From the IMG/VR virus record IMGVR_UViG_3300036766_001364, positions 64,001-128,000 of that record: DNA of 64,000 bases, one strand, 5' to 3'. A model generated the notes under the pieces. That model was not told where the DNA came from. It saw nothing but the letters and a program-made list of their open reading frames with translations, and ran no database searches. The position numbers and the translations under genes were made by a program. Positions 63,083 to 64,000 of this stretch are shown here, in pieces (within the stretch, counting starts at the first letter, position 1; each line of letters opens with the position of its first letter). The stretch is from a virus (taxonomy: Duplodnaviria > Heunggongvirae > Uroviricota > Caudoviricetes).

Positions 63083-63255
63083 AGAGATTGTTGAGAGCGG
63101 CGCTCGCCGTCCTGCTGATCTACACCGTCGCGCACGAGGTCATCGCGCCCGCGTCGGGCGGCGAGTACCCGAAGCGCATCTACACGGGCGAGCTGCCGCC
63201 GGCGGTCTCGGAGCTGAGGGCCGGAGCGGGGGCGCCCGATGCGAGAGCTCGATAG
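63079..63255 (+). CDS. small membrane protein (not in ORF track)
   Basis: MKRLLRAALAVLLIYTVAHEV...; ATG overlaps previous stop. Confidence 0.45.
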   Translation: MKRLLRAALAVLLIYTVAHEVIAPASGGEYPKRIYTGELPPAVSELRAGAGAPDARAR

Positions 63256-63424
63256 CGCTCTTCCCGCGTGCGCCCATCGGTGGACGATCGACGAGCCCAA
63301 GGGGCCCACGTCTCGCGGCGTCTGTCGCGCGTGCGGGGCGTCGCGCGACTTCCGCAACTGGGGCGACGACCCCGATTGGTCCGATCACAAGCCGAAGCGT
63401 CGCGGGGCTCGGGTCCCTCGCTGA
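63239..63424 (+). CDS. small Zn-finger protein
   Basis: CAHRWTIDEPKGPTSRGVCRACGASRDFRN. Confidence 0.6.
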   Translation: MRELDSALPACAHRWTIDEPKGPTSRGVCRACGASRDFRNWGDDPDWSDHKPKRRGARVPR

Positions 63425-63514
63425 ACCGTCCTCGGGTTTCTCTCTGATCGGTCACGGCGTATCTATTCAATAGCCTGGACTTGCTGAAAAGCTCACGTCC
63501 GCAGAGAGCAGGCC

Positions 63515-63622
63515 ATGAAGCGACCGCTCGTCGCCCTCGCGATCTTCGCCGTTGCCGCGGCCGCGCTGTGGTTCTTCATCGAGAGCACTGGTCGCGCTTT
63601 CGGCTACGGAGTGGGGCGATGA
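63515..63622 (+). CDS. 35-aa single-TM peptide, possible holin/lysis accessory
   Basis: MKRPLVALAIFAVAAAALWFFIESTGRAFGYGVGR; TGA overlaps M23 ATG. Confidence 0.4.
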   Translation: MKRPLVALAIFAVAAAALWFFIESTGRAFGYGVGR

Positions 63623-64000
63623 ACGAACCAACCGCCCTCTGGGAGCGCTTGCCGTGGCATCCCGACTGCCCCATCACGCAGCCGTTCGGGGGCGACCACC
63701 TCGGCGTGGACGCTGGTCCGCGATACGGCGTGCCTGAAGACGAAGAACTCATCTACGCTCCCTACCCGTGCAAGGTGAAGCTCCACGTACCCGGCGACGG
63801 GTACGGCAACGGCACCTTTGGAAACCATGTTGTTCTGGACGGCGGCGACGACTTCCCGACGACGCTCGCGCATCTCAAGCGTTTCCTCGTCGCTGACGGC
63901 TACGAGGCCAAGACGGGCGATCCACTTGGTGTCATGGGCTACACCGGGCTCACTCGCCCTGCGGGCCCTGGAGGCCGCCATACGCATGCCCAGCGCGACG
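63619..64000 (+). CDS. M23 peptidase (probable endolysin), truncated by window end
   Basis: HLGVD, AHLKRFLV, GDPLGVMGYTG, HTH. Confidence 0.8.
   Translation, partial: MNEPTALWERLPWHPDCPITQPFGGDHLGVDAGPRYGVPEDEELIYAPYPCKVKLHVPGDGYGNGTFGNHVVLDGGDDFPTTLAHLKRFLVADGYEAKTGDPLGVMGYTGLTRPAGPGGRHTHAQRD

Overview
A high-GC, almost entirely plus-strand segment of a large tailed-phage (Caudoviricetes-like) genome. It has five blocks. (1) 1-6.4 kb: head-assembly genes, namely an intein-bearing portal, a MuF-like protein, a gp10-like protein, two GroES-like co-chaperonins and a HipA/PI4K-like kinase. (2) 6.4-22.5 kb: accessory genes, including an MBD4-like glycosylase, a module of J-domain kinase, vWA protein, tRNA-like RNA and divergent adenylosuccinate synthetase, a RuvC-like nuclease, a DEDDh exonuclease, a class II RNR with a Gln-ending HNH intein, and several putative head-cargo proteins. 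(3) 22.6-31.1 kb: a tRNA array. By manual folding it holds 38 tRNA genes covering all 20 amino acids, several atypical. Interspersed are HNH genes or remnants, unassigned structured RNAs, and a Ro60/TROVE gene flanked by up to four Y-RNA-like elements. (4) 31.6-38.5 kb: a PC4-like gene, a prohead protease with one mini-intein plus an apparently naturally split Ala1 intein, and a NUDIX plus 2H-phosphoesterase polyprotein. (5) 38.5-64 kb: about 21 kb of fibre-like structural genes, then scaffold, major capsid protein, homing endonucleases and the start of an M23 peptidase. A GGTTT-N20-22-(-10) promoter motif recurs at least 14 times. All annotation is by eye from motifs and base-pairing; no database searches were run.
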